This document shows positions 52,101-63,700 of a DNA stretch of 64,000 bases, in pieces (the stretch's first letter is position 1; every line of letters starts with the position of its first letter). Under the pieces are notes generated by a model. It had not been told where the DNA came from and searched no databases. It saw nothing but the letters and a program-made list of their open reading frames with translations. The translations under genes and the position numbers were made by a program. Origin of the DNA: Vitrella brassicaformis CCMP3155 (taxonomy: Eukaryota > Protista > Chromerida); the NCBI GenBank assembly GCA_001179505.1, contig CDMY01000480.1, positions 1 through 64,000 on the forward strand, in the 5' to 3' direction.

Positions 52101-52892
52101 CGATGGAGGCAGTTCACGCCGCCAGTCGACATGAGAGGCTTTCGGCCTTCACAAACACGGCCACGCAGCTTCCACATTCGCGCACAGCCGAAGGCATATC
52201 ACACGGACGTGGAGCCACAACAAGAAAAGGCCATCCCTGTCGACCAGTCGGCTCCGCTTTCGGGTGGTGGTAGAGGCGCCTCTGGAACTGAGGGGGCGGC
52301 CGAGAACAAGACGGACTGTGTCTCAAGAAACCCTGAGCCCTTCTCGTCCCTCAACGCTTTTCAAGAGAGAAAGGGGACGTCGCCAACAATCCAGCGGTGG
52401 AAGGAGGGCGGCGCAACTCTTATGGCTGACGACCACAAGGAAGACACCGCTGACGATGGGTTTGAGTACAAGCCGAAAAGGGAGCTCAAATGGCAGAGCG
52501 CCTCATCTGCGAAGATCAAGTCTCGGGAGCTATTGCAAAGTATCCAGCAAACCTACGAAGGACAGCTTGGCGGGGCTTCGGAAGCAGAAGGAAAACAAGC
52601 AATCAACAAGCCCGAAAGAACAGATGACGTCTTCGCCAAGTCCCCACCGCCACCAAGAAGCTCTCCAGCGACCCCTCTGACGTCCGATCTGCCAGCTCCT
52701 GGCTGGATCGAGCATAAGAACAGGAGAAGTATGGTGTCAGCCCCCGTGGAAGAGAAGAAAGATTTCTTACGCTGCCGTCAAGGTAGCGGAGGCAGCATGG
52801 GAGGAGACATGACTTTGCTGGAGCGGCCAAGGCCCTCCGGCCACCCGACGCTGCCGAGCGAGTTCCTGCTGTCAGAGCTGAATTGCGCATGA
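49178..52892 (+). CDS. F-box + ankyrin-repeat protein; multi-exon
   Basis: F-box LEDLPEDIMCSVFVYLDAQDMD|RLGRSS. Ankyrin repeats GTPALYLA, GNTSLFVAAKHLDLQAADILMQAGA, CPLLVACQNGNREIV, GKTPLYIAAEMG, GRSALFAAV, GDSPFSLA. Disordered C-terminus. Start codon uncertain. Confidence 0.8.
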
Positions 52893-53267
52893 TATGTATG
52901 TCTTTGTGTGCTTTCGGACATGTGTGCGTATGCTCGTATGTTCGTTTTTCTCTAAGTCGTGATCGCATCGCGACATGCTGTCAGTCTCATGGGCTCACGG
53001 AGCGTGTCCACAATAGTGAGTGAATGGTTTGCGTCATTCCTTTTGGCTGGCTACGTCTTACAAGCTGACATTCTTGAGTGTCCAATCAGTTGAAGCGATG
53101 TGTGTGTCTCGCCCTCCGTCTTCCTACAACCATCTGTGCATGGTGGCTACCCAGCTCCTTCAAGAAGGAAGAAGCCGTGTAGAGTGCTGTCAGTATATCT
53201 ACAAACACAGAAAAATGCTGACAGCCCACCTATATCAAGCACATTGACAAAGTTTCGACCATCCTAC

Positions 53268-54218
53268 CTACACGACCTTATCGTCTTGCATCACCACATG
53301 ACTTGGCCACCTCCCCCGACCCGCCACCCCGTCACTGAGTCTTTGTCTCCATGGGAAGGCCGCAGTTGCCATCCGCCGAAGGACACCCCGCCAGGCTGAG
53401 CCGTCGGCAGCCATCCTGTGTCTCGTTGGCTTGTCAGCGGGATGCGTCAGTGGCATCGAGTTGAGCTTGATCAGTTGCGGGGGGGGCTTGTCCAAGCATA
53501 AAAAGTCCACAATATCCTTGACGGGAGGCCTCTCGTCCCTCCTTATGCCGCTCTTGGCCTCGCCGTAGGGGCCGGCCGTGTGTGAGCGGTGTCTGTCGTC
53601 ATCGTCCACTATGCTGTGTCCCGACTGCTGATACATGTAGTGGCACGGCGGTGTCATGGTGGCCTTGTCGACGTAGATAGGCCGATGGTCGGTCGGCGAA
53701 GGCTCATGGATGGAGTCACGTGTTGAGGCGGGGGAAAAGAACGCCGCTTTTCTTTCCTTCCAGTCGGACACGTCCTGTGTCAGTAGCTTCTGTTTCTCCA
53801 TAGCTTCCTGGTGCCTCTCACGCTCCATGACTTGCTGTTTGTTCAGCTTGGAGGGGCCAGCGAGCATTTTAAGGGCGATCGTCTCGACCTTTGCCTTCCG
53901 CTGTCCTTCCGCTCGACTCATCGTGCCGTCGGTGGTTTCGCTCCTCCTCTCTTGCCAACTGACTTGTGATCTCTTTCTCTCTTCCTCTTTTTCGCGAACA
54001 TCAAGATCATGCCCCACCAGGGATCCGCCCGCTACTGCTGCTGCTCTCTCACATGGCTGACCGCCTGCCTGTTTGGGTACGTCAATGAATCCATAGGGAT
54101 GTTTGGACGAGGGGTGTCGTGAACCTCCGGCCGATCTTGCGCGGTTCAATATGTCGGTTTCGTGCGTGGATCTATTGCAGGTGGCCGAGCCCTTCCGGCC
54201 CTGAGCATCAAGCGCCAC
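53268..54218 (-). CDS. Hypothetical protein, intronless 316-codon ORF (first in-frame ATG at 53921)
   Basis: Long microsatellite-free ORF with a charged helical segment (KQQVMERERHQEAMEKQKLLTQDVSDWKERK). No family recognised. Confidence 0.4.
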   Translation of the reverse strand: MALDAQGRKGSATCNRSTHETDILNRARSAGGSRHPSSKHPYGFIDVPKQAGGQPCERAAAVAGGSLVGHDLDVREKEEERKRSQVSWQERRSETTDGTMSRAEGQRKAKVETIALKMLAGPSKLNKQQVMERERHQEAMEKQKLLTQDVSDWKERKAAFFSPASTRDSIHEPSPTDHRPIYVDKATMTPPCHYMYQQSGHSIVDDDDRHRSHTAGPYGEAKSGIRRDERPPVKDIVDFLCLDKPPPQLIKLNSMPLTHPADKPTRHRMAADGSAWRGVLRRMATAAFPWRQRLSDGVAGRGRWPSHVVMQDDKVV

Positions 54219-54340
54219 CTACGCATCGCAGGGATGACCCTGAAGGGCAAGAATCGACCGGCCGAGTGAGCCCCATCGCAGAAAATGGGATTGCTACTTT
54301 TTCATCCGTCTGTTTTCTCTCTCAGGCCGCTCGTGGTGTG

Positions 54341-56837
54341 ATGATGGCTGCCATGTTCGAAAGCCCCTCGCCAGCCGTCCCACTCCACAACGTGCTCGAG
54401 TATGAGTCACGCCGGCATGACGATGACGACGAGGTATCAAGATGTTAAGAAGAGCAGCAACGAGGCCACAGCTTACTGTGGTTTGCCACGGTTTTGTCGT
54501 GATTGCAGGCAGAACAACCTGCCACTGCCGCTACAGCAGCATTGAGCCATCATGCAGCCCTGCAGGCCAGCACCGGAGGCAACACACCAACAGCACCGCG
54601 CTCTACGCCTCCAAGCGCTGAGTCGTCTCATGCTGCTGCTACTTCTGCTGCGCCTGCCTCAACCACAGCCCCTGATGCCCCTGCTGTAGCCCCTGAGCCT
54701 TGTCATGCTGCCTCAACCACAGCCCCTGCTGCTGGTGGGGAGACCAGCAGCAACGTAGCTGCAGCTGGAGAGGCCAACAACGCACCGGAGAGAGCGCCTC
54801 TGCTGGTATGTCTTTATCCATCTTGATATGGTGACACAGCCGACGTTTCTTTCTGTCTGTCTTTCAGCCTGATTTGGTCATCAACGTCCTCGCCTATCTG
54901 CCCTTCCCCTCGCTCGTCCTGGCCCGCCTCCCTCCCTCCGTGCTGGAACAAGTGTGCAAGCTGCACACGCGTCTGATCATCGACGCATCGACGCACGAAG
55001 GCGTGGAGGCCTGGGGCAGAATGCTGCCGCAGCGCGCGAGACAGCTGGGACAGCTTGCCATCAACGTCTCCACCATCATGATGCGGCACCCTGGCTTCTT
55101 TCCGGAATGGGGCCTCGCCGCTCTGGTGGCTTTCGTTGGTGGCCAAGCGGCAGGACGGGCAGAGGCAGCGGCACAAGAGGGGTCGGGAATCCAAGGAGCA
55201 TCGCTCAAAGCCGTCTCGTTCGAGGGGGTGCCCTTGCCAGTACGGCCGGGACCATTTAGAGCACCCCCCGTCGCTCCCGTCCCCTCTGCCGGCGCCCGCA
55301 CGCGCCTTGAAGCCCTCACATCGATTTCAGGCCTGCTACAAGCCCACCATCCTCTGGCCGACAGATGGCTGATGCCGTCTTTGATCGACGTGAGCGGCCC
55401 TGGGTGTGATGGGGAGATGACGAGCGCCTTTCTCCGATTGTCAACCACAATTACGAGAATTGGCTCGTCATCCACACCCACAGAAAAGGCAGAGCTGCTC
55501 GAGCGCCTGCCTTTGGCCACGAGAGAGGGGGACAGGCTGGTGGCACCTCTAAGCCATCTCGAGACGATCGGCACTTTGCGTGTCTCTCGAGATGCTGTCC
55601 AGATGCGCCAGGAATTCGACCGGCTAGAGGTATGAAAGGAGAAAGTGCACCTTTCCCTGTCTTTTTGCATGCAGCGCTTTTTTCCTTCCTTTCAGACCGT
55701 CATGCTGGCACGCAACTGTCCTCGCTCGTCAATCAAGGTCACTATCGACTTCGACATCGACGCTTTCGAGGGAGTCGACGGCTCCTTTCTGCCCCTTCTC
55801 GCCGCCATCCAGGCGTTCTTCCGCACCTTCGCTGCCGGCCCCACCATCTCCATCGCCAACGAGCGCTTCTCTTTCAATCTTGACGTGCTCATCTACCTTC
55901 CCGCAAGCACGTCAACGTTTGTGAGAGACAGCCTCGTCAAGCTCGGGAATGAAGCCACGGACGTCCTGTGGAAGTTGAGAGCGCAGCATCTGCATGACGC
56001 GCAAGATGCGCACTCTCTCTTCCGTGAGCCGTCCCCAGCTGCGACCGACGTCTCCAGGCGGCTGACGTTTCCCAGGGCGGCCAAGTTCTGCCTTGAGGAC
56101 GCAAATGGCTTCTTCCCCGACCCTCCCCTCCCCGAGGTGATGCCGGCCATTCTCAACTACCTGCCACTGTCGATCGGCGCCGACAGCTCCCACCTTGTCA
56201 TCGACAGTAGCGCGGGGTGCGAAGTGGGGCGGCAGCTTACAGGCTGCATGACCGGCATCAATGAACTGAGTGTCTGGAAGGCCGTCGACGTGCACTTCGT
56301 GCACTCGATCCTGCTGGCCATTGGGGGAGGGATGGCGATGGAGAAGGTGTATTTCTCGGTGATTCGGGGCAGCGGTGGCCTGTGGCTGGGTGCAGATATC
56401 TATCCCTCAATCAAGGACCTGAATGTGTGCATAGGTATCTGAATGAAAATGCAAATTAACGGAACACACCTCACTTACTTCCACCTGTGTATCTGTTGTG
56501 TGTGCAGAATCTGCCAGCGACATACCCAGCCTCCTGGAAGTCAGAGGTCTGGAGACCGTCAGCTTTCGAGCGATGCGTCCAGACCTCATGGCAAGGGCGG
56601 GGCTGCACCAGCTGAGAGATCATGGGCGGACGTATGAAGGCTTCACGGTTGCATGGCACTTGAACAAAGTGACGCTATCAAAAGCTGCGGGTAAGCGAAG
56701 TGGGAAGGATGGTTTGGTTCAAGTGTGATTGCTGAAATGTGTGCCTTTGCTTGTGTTGCGTGTCAGGTCGAGGTGGTCGAGGGCGCGGAAGCGGTGGATG
56801 GAGAGGGCGGGGAAGAGGGAGGGGCAGGGGCCGGTGA
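54341..56837 (+). CDS. Member of a lineage-expanded F-box-like/LRR-like family with an RG-rich tail; multi-exon
   Basis: MMAAMFES..DDDDE|AEQPATAA (Ala/Pro/Thr-rich)..APLL|PDLVINVLAYLPFPSLVL (F-box-like); RLIIDAST..WGRM..LGQLAIN..WGLAALVAFVGGQAAGR..SLKAVSFE. The last exon (56767-56837) gives GRGGRGRGSGGWRGRGRGRGRGR*. Confidence 0.7.
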
Positions 56838-57117
56838 GGGCTGACTAAGAGACCTTGCTTTCTTTGCTTGTTTTGCTCGGTTTTGGGCTGATGTCTCTTT
56901 TTTCCGTCTTTTTCCGTGACGCATCAAACGATGCTCACAGTGAGTGCCACCTGGGGGTGACCTTAATGTTGGAGAGGGCTTGTCATTCGAAAGTGCGCAC
57001 TTGTATGAATGCGTGTCGCTTTGTCTACTCACACTGAGCACCATTCTCACTCAGCAGCTCATTCATACACACGCTTGCCCACGCATTGCTTTGTCCGTCA
57101 GTTGTGCATAGTTCCGT

Positions 57118-58265
57118 TCACTGCAGGTGCACTGTGACGTCGTCGACGCCCCACGAGACGATGTCGGCATTGGACTCAGTCAGCGTCGAACCAAACACCT
57201 GCACACACACACATACGCACACACACGGCTGCATTCAGTGTTGTGCTGGTGTGTCTGTGTCTCGTGTGGTGCTGACGAGGTTGAGTGTTGGTGTGGAGTG
57301 CGGGATGGTGACGTCGACAAGGACCCTGAGCCGGTCGGGCTGACTGGCGCCGCACACGTTCACGCCGAATTCGCGGCAAGTCAAAGTGGTCATGGTGGGG
57401 CACTGCATGAATCCACAGTCATCCCTCTCTCTCTCTCTCCCAGTGACTGACCAAGTTGTGTGAGCGTGCCCACACGATCTTGTTGCCGGCCTTCAGGTAC
57501 ACACTCTCGCCCGTCCACCTGCACACACACACCAGTGCAGTGCACACGTCCATTTGTCGTGTGGTATGGGTGGCTGTTTGCTCTCACCTGTCGAAGTAGT
57601 GTATGCGTGCAGTGACTTTGACGTGTCTGTGCGGCGGGAGCTTCTTGTACAGCCGCGACACGCTGCCCCGCACCAGTTTGCCGAGGAAGACATCCGTCGA
57701 GTAGCCGCACGTCGACCGGTCAGCCCGATCCCACTGATTCACACCATCCTACACACGAACCAACACAGTCGATTGCCAAGTGGCGCTGTGTGTGTCATGC
57801 TTGCCATAGAGTCGACGAGTGAGAAAATTGCGAAGGGCGTGTTGCGGCCACCTTGACGCTCGCGGCAATCGTCGTGGCCACGTCGCTCACAGTGAACACA
57901 ACGATGTCCTGGCCCTCTCTCGCTGAGCACCCGAACACATTAACTGCTCGGCGGAGCAGCAGCTCACTGTTCTCGCTGAGCAGCTCGAGAGGCGCCAATG
58001 ACGGACTCGCGTCACTCACAAACTCTGCACGCACGAATGACACAACCACACTTGCGAGGCTTGTGTCGGTCTCTGTGTGTCTCGCTTACCCATCGGGCGA
58101 TGGTGCCTGCGTCACGAGCTCAACAACAGACACTCTCACCCGACAAATCCTCACATTGTACGCGCCTCAGAGTCCGCAAACTGAGTGTGGGAATCTGCTC
58201 ACAGTGAACAAAGTGCTTAATGTAGTGATCAGTACTTACCCAACTCACCCACCAGGTCTCCTCAT
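57118..58265 (-). CDS. Alveolate PH/crystalloid-like domain protein; about 8 short exons
   Basis: DGVNQWDRADRSTCGYSTDVFLGKLVRGSVSRLYKKLPPHRHVKVTARIHYFD|RWTGESVYLKAGNKIVWARSHNL|CPTMTTLTCREFGVNVCGASQPDRLRVLVDVTIPHSTPTLNL|VFGSTLTESNADIVSWGVDDVTVHLQ*. The splice phases are consistent. Confidence 0.65.
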
Positions 58266-58700
58266 CGCGTCCGGGCAATGAGTCCAATCACTCTCGACGC
58301 CCGATCGAGGAGGCGCGCACGCGAGAAGAAAAAACGACGAATGCTCGGCGAAAGGGCCTTTGGACTCTCTCTGGCTGTGTTCTCTGTTATTTGCAGGCCT
58401 GATCTAGTTCGCCAAAGGCGAGGATCTCTGCGGCTGTTGCGGTGCGAACACTGCCGGTGCCGCCACGCGCCCCCTTGCCGAACGAAGCGCCAACTGTGTG
58501 TGTGGGACGCTGCAGAGGCAAGCAAATGAGGCTTTCGTTCACTGTGAGCTGGCGCGGCATCAAGATCGGAATGGCTTTGTTTTCCAGGAGATGGGGGAGT
58601 TCCAAAATGAAGGCTTCTTCTTATTCCCCCGGCGAAGGCAGCATGCCGCCGTGCATCTGTTCCCGTGCCTCTCCTCCCTGGGCACGACCAGAACACGAAG

Positions 58701-59892
58701 ATGCCGCAGCAGCAGCAGTCGGCTTTCCCTCACGATTGGACCCGCAGCATCGACAAAATTCCGGAGGTGGTAGAAGAGGGCTTCAAGATGCACGGCGACG
58801 AGGGCTTCCTGTCGATTGCCGCGGCTACGTATGCCACTCTCTTCCCCAGCCTCAGCGACGAAAGCGCTCGGATCTACAAGCACCCGTTCCCCTTCTTCGG
58901 GTTCGAACCCATAGGGAGCGCGCAGCGAGACCACACCAGCCGTGCCAACGTATCACTGCCAGGTCACCAGGCAGGGGCATGATGAACGCACTGACGATAT
59001 CTAATGATTTGTCCCTGTCTGTTTCCCTCAGGCATGAAGGGCTACCAGCACATCGAGCGACCCCACACCCACAACGAACACATCGCGTGCTACTGCCTTG
59101 CCGGCGGCTACACGCACCCTATCTACACGGCCAAAAGGGGGGACGTCACCATCGGCGCGGACCTCCTGGTGCCGGCCAACGCGCCGCAGGGCGTCGCCGG
59201 CTCCATCCAGCGATCGCGGCTGTTCAGCAAGCATCATCACAAACTGATGGGGGACGCCATGCTGTCGGCGGTCATGGAGTGGCAGTATGGCCGCGGTGGG
59301 TTCCCACTCTACTACCTCGACAAAGACGTGATCCACAAGCCGTGCAACTATGGTGAGGCGGGGGAATGTGTGTGTGGATCATTCGTATGTATGGATCTCT
59401 CCTTGTGTGTGCAGACCCTGAGTTGATTTCGGTGTTAGTACAAGGCAAGTCGGACAGCACTCGTGCTACAGACCAGTTCGACCCGGACAAAAAATGGCTT
59501 GAGCTGGTGAGTGACACAACAAGGTCATGATGGCGGCATCTCTCGACCTTGTTTGCCGCTGCAGGAGAGAAGAGAAGCGACGCCTGAGGAAAAGAAGCAA
59601 GCGCGAGACCGCTTGCGCGAGGCAGAGACCAACAGCAAGACGGACCTCGAGCTCATCGGGGGCGACTGGAGGGTGAGACTGGAACTGCCCCCCGAGGAGG
59701 CCGCCGAGTACGTCATCGAACTATGGGGAAAGTACCTAGAGAGGTGCGCCGCCCCACAGGCATACAGACGTGTGACGTCTTACCTCTGTGCGCGTCAGGT
59801 TCCCCATGAAGTCTCTCGCGAGTGACGGCATCGTCCAAGTGTGGTGCCCCCCTGGAAGAGAGACATCGATCAACGTGCCGACCAAGCTCTAA
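58701..59892 (+). CDS. Hypothetical protein, probably a lineage-specific family; 5 exons
   Basis: MPQQQQSAFPHDW..|GMKGYQHIERP..ACYCLAGGYTHPIYTAKRGDVTIGADLL..|DPELISVL..|ERREATPEE..LWGKYLE|RFPMK..VPTKL*. Strong coding bias and GT-AG joins. Confidence 0.7.
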
Positions 59893-60700
59893 CAACACAC
59901 ACACACACACACATGACTTTTTTGCGTCTTCTGCTGGGTGCACGAGGGTGACTCACATTCATGCATACACTCATGTACGGCTGAGTCGGTTGCTCGCATC
60001 CATTCCATTGCATTCGTACACACGTTGCGTGCGTGGACGGCATAGCATCCATGCATTCATACGCGGCTATATGGCTGCCTGCTGGCCTGTCATGAATGTG
60101 CCTGCCTTCTTTTCTACATGCTCACATCAAACCATGCAGTTCAAGGTGGGAGCATCGCACTTTTTTGTGTCCCCATCGATCCATGGCATGGTATCAGAGA
60201 GCATCAGCACAGTCACCTGAGAGAGCATCAGTACACGTGAGTATTGGTGGCTGTGGAGGGGGTTCATGTGGTGTGCTGCGAGCATGTATCCATGGATTGA
60301 GTGAATATCGTGCTGTGCATGGTGGGGAGGGGTGGGCCGCTAGCTCTCTAAGCCTCTCTTCTTCTCTTAAACTAGCCTCTTGCTCTGCCTTGTCTCTCTC
60401 AGAGGTACTGAAGCCCTTGTATCGCTTTCAGTCCTCTCATTCACACGTTGATGGATTTTTCCATGTCTAAGTGCGTTGGTGCGCGCAGTGGTCTTTTCTC
60501 AATGAGTAGACGAATGGGATGGACAATCGAACCAAACGAGTCACATCTCTTAAAGTCGACCGACCATCACACAGGTACAATGTCAAACACGCCAGTCTAC
60601 TGCCACGCATCGGCAGACAAGACGTCAACCAGACACAAATGCAGCATTACTACGACCGTTAAAAAACACTACATTCCATACGTCGTATAATACGGAGAGC

Positions 60701-63700
60701 TCACGAAGAGCTCTGGCGTCTAGAGCTGGCCTCTCGCTTGTACGCTTCCTCTATAAAGTCGAACACCGTTGGGGGTTGCCGGCTAGTCTTCAGTCTTCCG
60801 ACTGAGTCGTGGATGAAGCGGCACCTTGAGCCCTGGTTGCAGAAGCCTTCCCTGTGGAATTTACACAGCCTGTCGATCTTCTTCGTCCGGTCTTGAAGCT
60901 CCTGCGACCAGCCCAGGCAGGAACCGATGAAGCAGAATGTATGTATATTCATTGCCACACGCACCTGCTCTCCGTGAGCGAACCAGCAGCGACGTCCCAT
61001 ACTGCATTCGCCCGTCTCCATGAAAGAGGGGCACAACCTGACCTTGATCACTGAACAGGCAGACAAACAGACAGACAGACAGACAGACATGCACGGTGGA
61101 GAGCGGTGGATAGGTGCGTGAGTGCGTGTACGTACAGCGAGTAAGAGGTCGCAGCTCGTCCTCTCCGTGCGCAAAGGAACAATCATCTCCGTGTGGGCAG
61201 CGGTGCCGTAGGGTCCAATACCTGATAGACACGGCGAATCATAGGGCACAGCGTCCACTGCCTGCCCGGCGTGCTCGTCCTTACTTGCAGAGCGCAGTCG
61301 GTGTGATACGGATGACTGTGCGGGCGCTGTCGGTGTCGCCGTTGCTATCGTCAGGTGACAGCTCCTCGCGGCTGCTCTCGTCCTGACACACACAGGCACA
61401 GAGGCATGTCTACTGATCGACACTCGTTTGCGCACGAGTACATCGTATAGGGTCATGAGCACACATACTGCGTACAGGCCTCTCTGCACAAAGCATCTTC
61501 TGCCCACCGCCGATGGCATGGAGGCCCTGTGGTCTCTCTCAGTAGTCCTCGGTATCTTAAATGCGCCGCCCCCTCGCTCAGTCAACCTGTCGTCTGAAAA
61601 CGAAATCTGACGAAGCAAGGAAGAGCAGGCAACACCCATGATAATGCGATGTTCCTGCCTGTCTGCCCGTGTCGGCTCTTACGTCTGTCGTGTTGCGAAC
61701 TGATGAGTACTGCGATGGCTGAGACTGACGGGCTGGACCACTCACGTTGGGGCCAAATTGCACGGGAGCACTGACAACACACAAGGACAACAGACAACGA
61801 ACGGGTGTATTTGGTTGCTTTGCGGGTGCCCTTTTCCCGCCGTGTAACACACGTGCAGAGGAGCTCCGTGACGCCCGCCGAAACCACCCTCCAGATCGAT
61901 CGCCGCGTCTCTGTCGGGATGCGAGGCGATGCAGTCGACGAGAAGCACTCAGCGGACCCAGCAAGTGCATCTCCCAGCCCGACCCTCTTTTCCACGCCCG
62001 TCACGATGCCGTAGAGCTTGCCGCAGGCGTCCTTTGTGGCCTGGAATTTGTCATCAAGCGTCGCAATCTTGGGCTTCATCCTGTCGAGCAGGTCGGTCAT
62101 CTCGGTGCCGCCCCATGCCAGGATGTCGGTCTTCCTCTCGTTGATGGCGGTCCGGTTGTCGTGTATGGCCTTCATGATGGTGGACAGGTGATGCTGAATG
62201 CCTTCGAAGACGAGCTGCTCGTGTGGGGGCCCGCTGCTGCTGTGCGCTCGGAGCGACACCATCAGACCGGACAGGCCGAGAAGCTCCACCAAGATGTCCT
62301 CGTCAGATGCACTCTGCATACATGCGCAGCCCAGAGAGTAGCTACGAACGGTACGGGACCCTGTTCGCTCCATCGTGACCTTTCTCTTTCGATCGTGTTC
62401 GATCGTGTCATGCTCCCCTCCATCGGGCGCACACACGGCTCCCGATGCGCCACTGACACGGAAGCGAGAAACATATCCCCGTCATTGAGTCGTGAGTCAC
62501 AAGTGCCTACCCTCCTTGCTGCACGGCCATTTCCTCGTCGGCTGCTGCCGGACCAGCGGGCGGGCCGGGCGGGAGGAACTGTGGTGGCTGCAGCTGGCCT
62601 GTTGCGCTGCCTCTGCGAGCGCGTGTGATGCCCTTCTCGGCCGCAAAGTCTCGCTGACGGCACTCCTCCACGAACACCTTGTTGCTGGGGTCTTCGTCGT
62701 CTTCCAAGGCACCGTCGGGAGGCGCATTGGCCTGAGATGGAGGACAGAAACGGGGCAATGCGCTTGTGGAATCATCCTCTTGTGCTTCAATCGATCCAGC
62801 AGCAGCACCACCACCACCAGCAGCAGCAGCGGCAGCAGCAAGAGGGGGCGACGGAGCATCAAACAATGGAGGGGCTTCAATAGCTGCACACACAAAACAC
62901 ATGTCTGACTGTGGCAAGTGACATGTAGCCTCACCGTTGGAATCCTCTCTTGGAATCCTCTCTTGCGTTGGGAGCTGCCAATCCGTCTTGTGGTGTGTGA
63001 GCAGGTCGCTCTCCATCGCCCTCATCCATCATACGATCTGCACAGCATAACATTGAACACTTCTTCTCCGTCGCTCGCAGCCGCAACAATGATGCAGCTC
63101 ACAGACGGCTTCGTGTGTGGCTTACCACCGCGGTTGTCGCCTCGAGGAGGCTCATTTCCACCACCAGCTGATTCAACAGACGGCCTAGCAGCCCTGGTAA
63201 GAGAACTGACAGCAGACAGCACAAATGGGTGCACTTCGCGGCCTATCATGCGTTGCCTTGTGAGTGTAATGCATACGTGCAGAAGACGTCCGCGACGCCC
63301 GCAGCCACCTCCTCCCAGATTGGCTGCTGCACCTTTGTGGGGATGGGGTGTGATGCGGTCGAGGAAAAACACAGAGCGAACTCGTCCAGTGCGTCCCCAA
63401 GCTTGCGCCCTCTGGGGTCGGGCGAGATACTCTGACACAGGTTGTCGTAGGCGTCTTTTGTAGCCTTGTACTTGTCGCCAAGGTGGTCGATCTGATCCTG
63501 CATCCAGTTGAGGAGGTCCATGATCATGTCGTGGCCCCACGCCAGGATGTCGGTCTTCCTCTCGTTGATGGCGGTCCGGTTGTCGTGTATGGCCTTCATG
63601 ATGGTGGGCAGGTGATGCTGAATGGCCTGGAAGACGAGCTGCTCGCGTGGGGGCCCGCTGCTGCTGTGCACTCGGAGTGTCTCTGTCACACCAGACAGGC

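Noticed and set aside
57750-57800. GC-AG intron (tg|gcaagc) in the PH-like gene
   Set aside because: A canonical aag|gtggcc donor near 57850 gives an in-frame join to DGVNQW without a non-canonical site.
59881-59892. C-terminal TKL as a peroxisomal signal
   Set aside because: Weak non-canonical tripeptide with no functional context to support it.
61607-61639. MGVACSS as a myristoylated N-terminus of the CCCH protein
   Set aside because: The ATG at 61639 lies inside a well-formed 76-nt intron (61682-61607) with a strong pyrimidine tract, so it is probably not the real start.
63022-63025. ATGA stop/start overlap suggesting bacterial-style translational coupling
   Set aside because: The upstream ORF reaches this stop only by reading through an intron with a canonical gtaagc donor. 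The 13-bp duplication explains the frame offset more simply.
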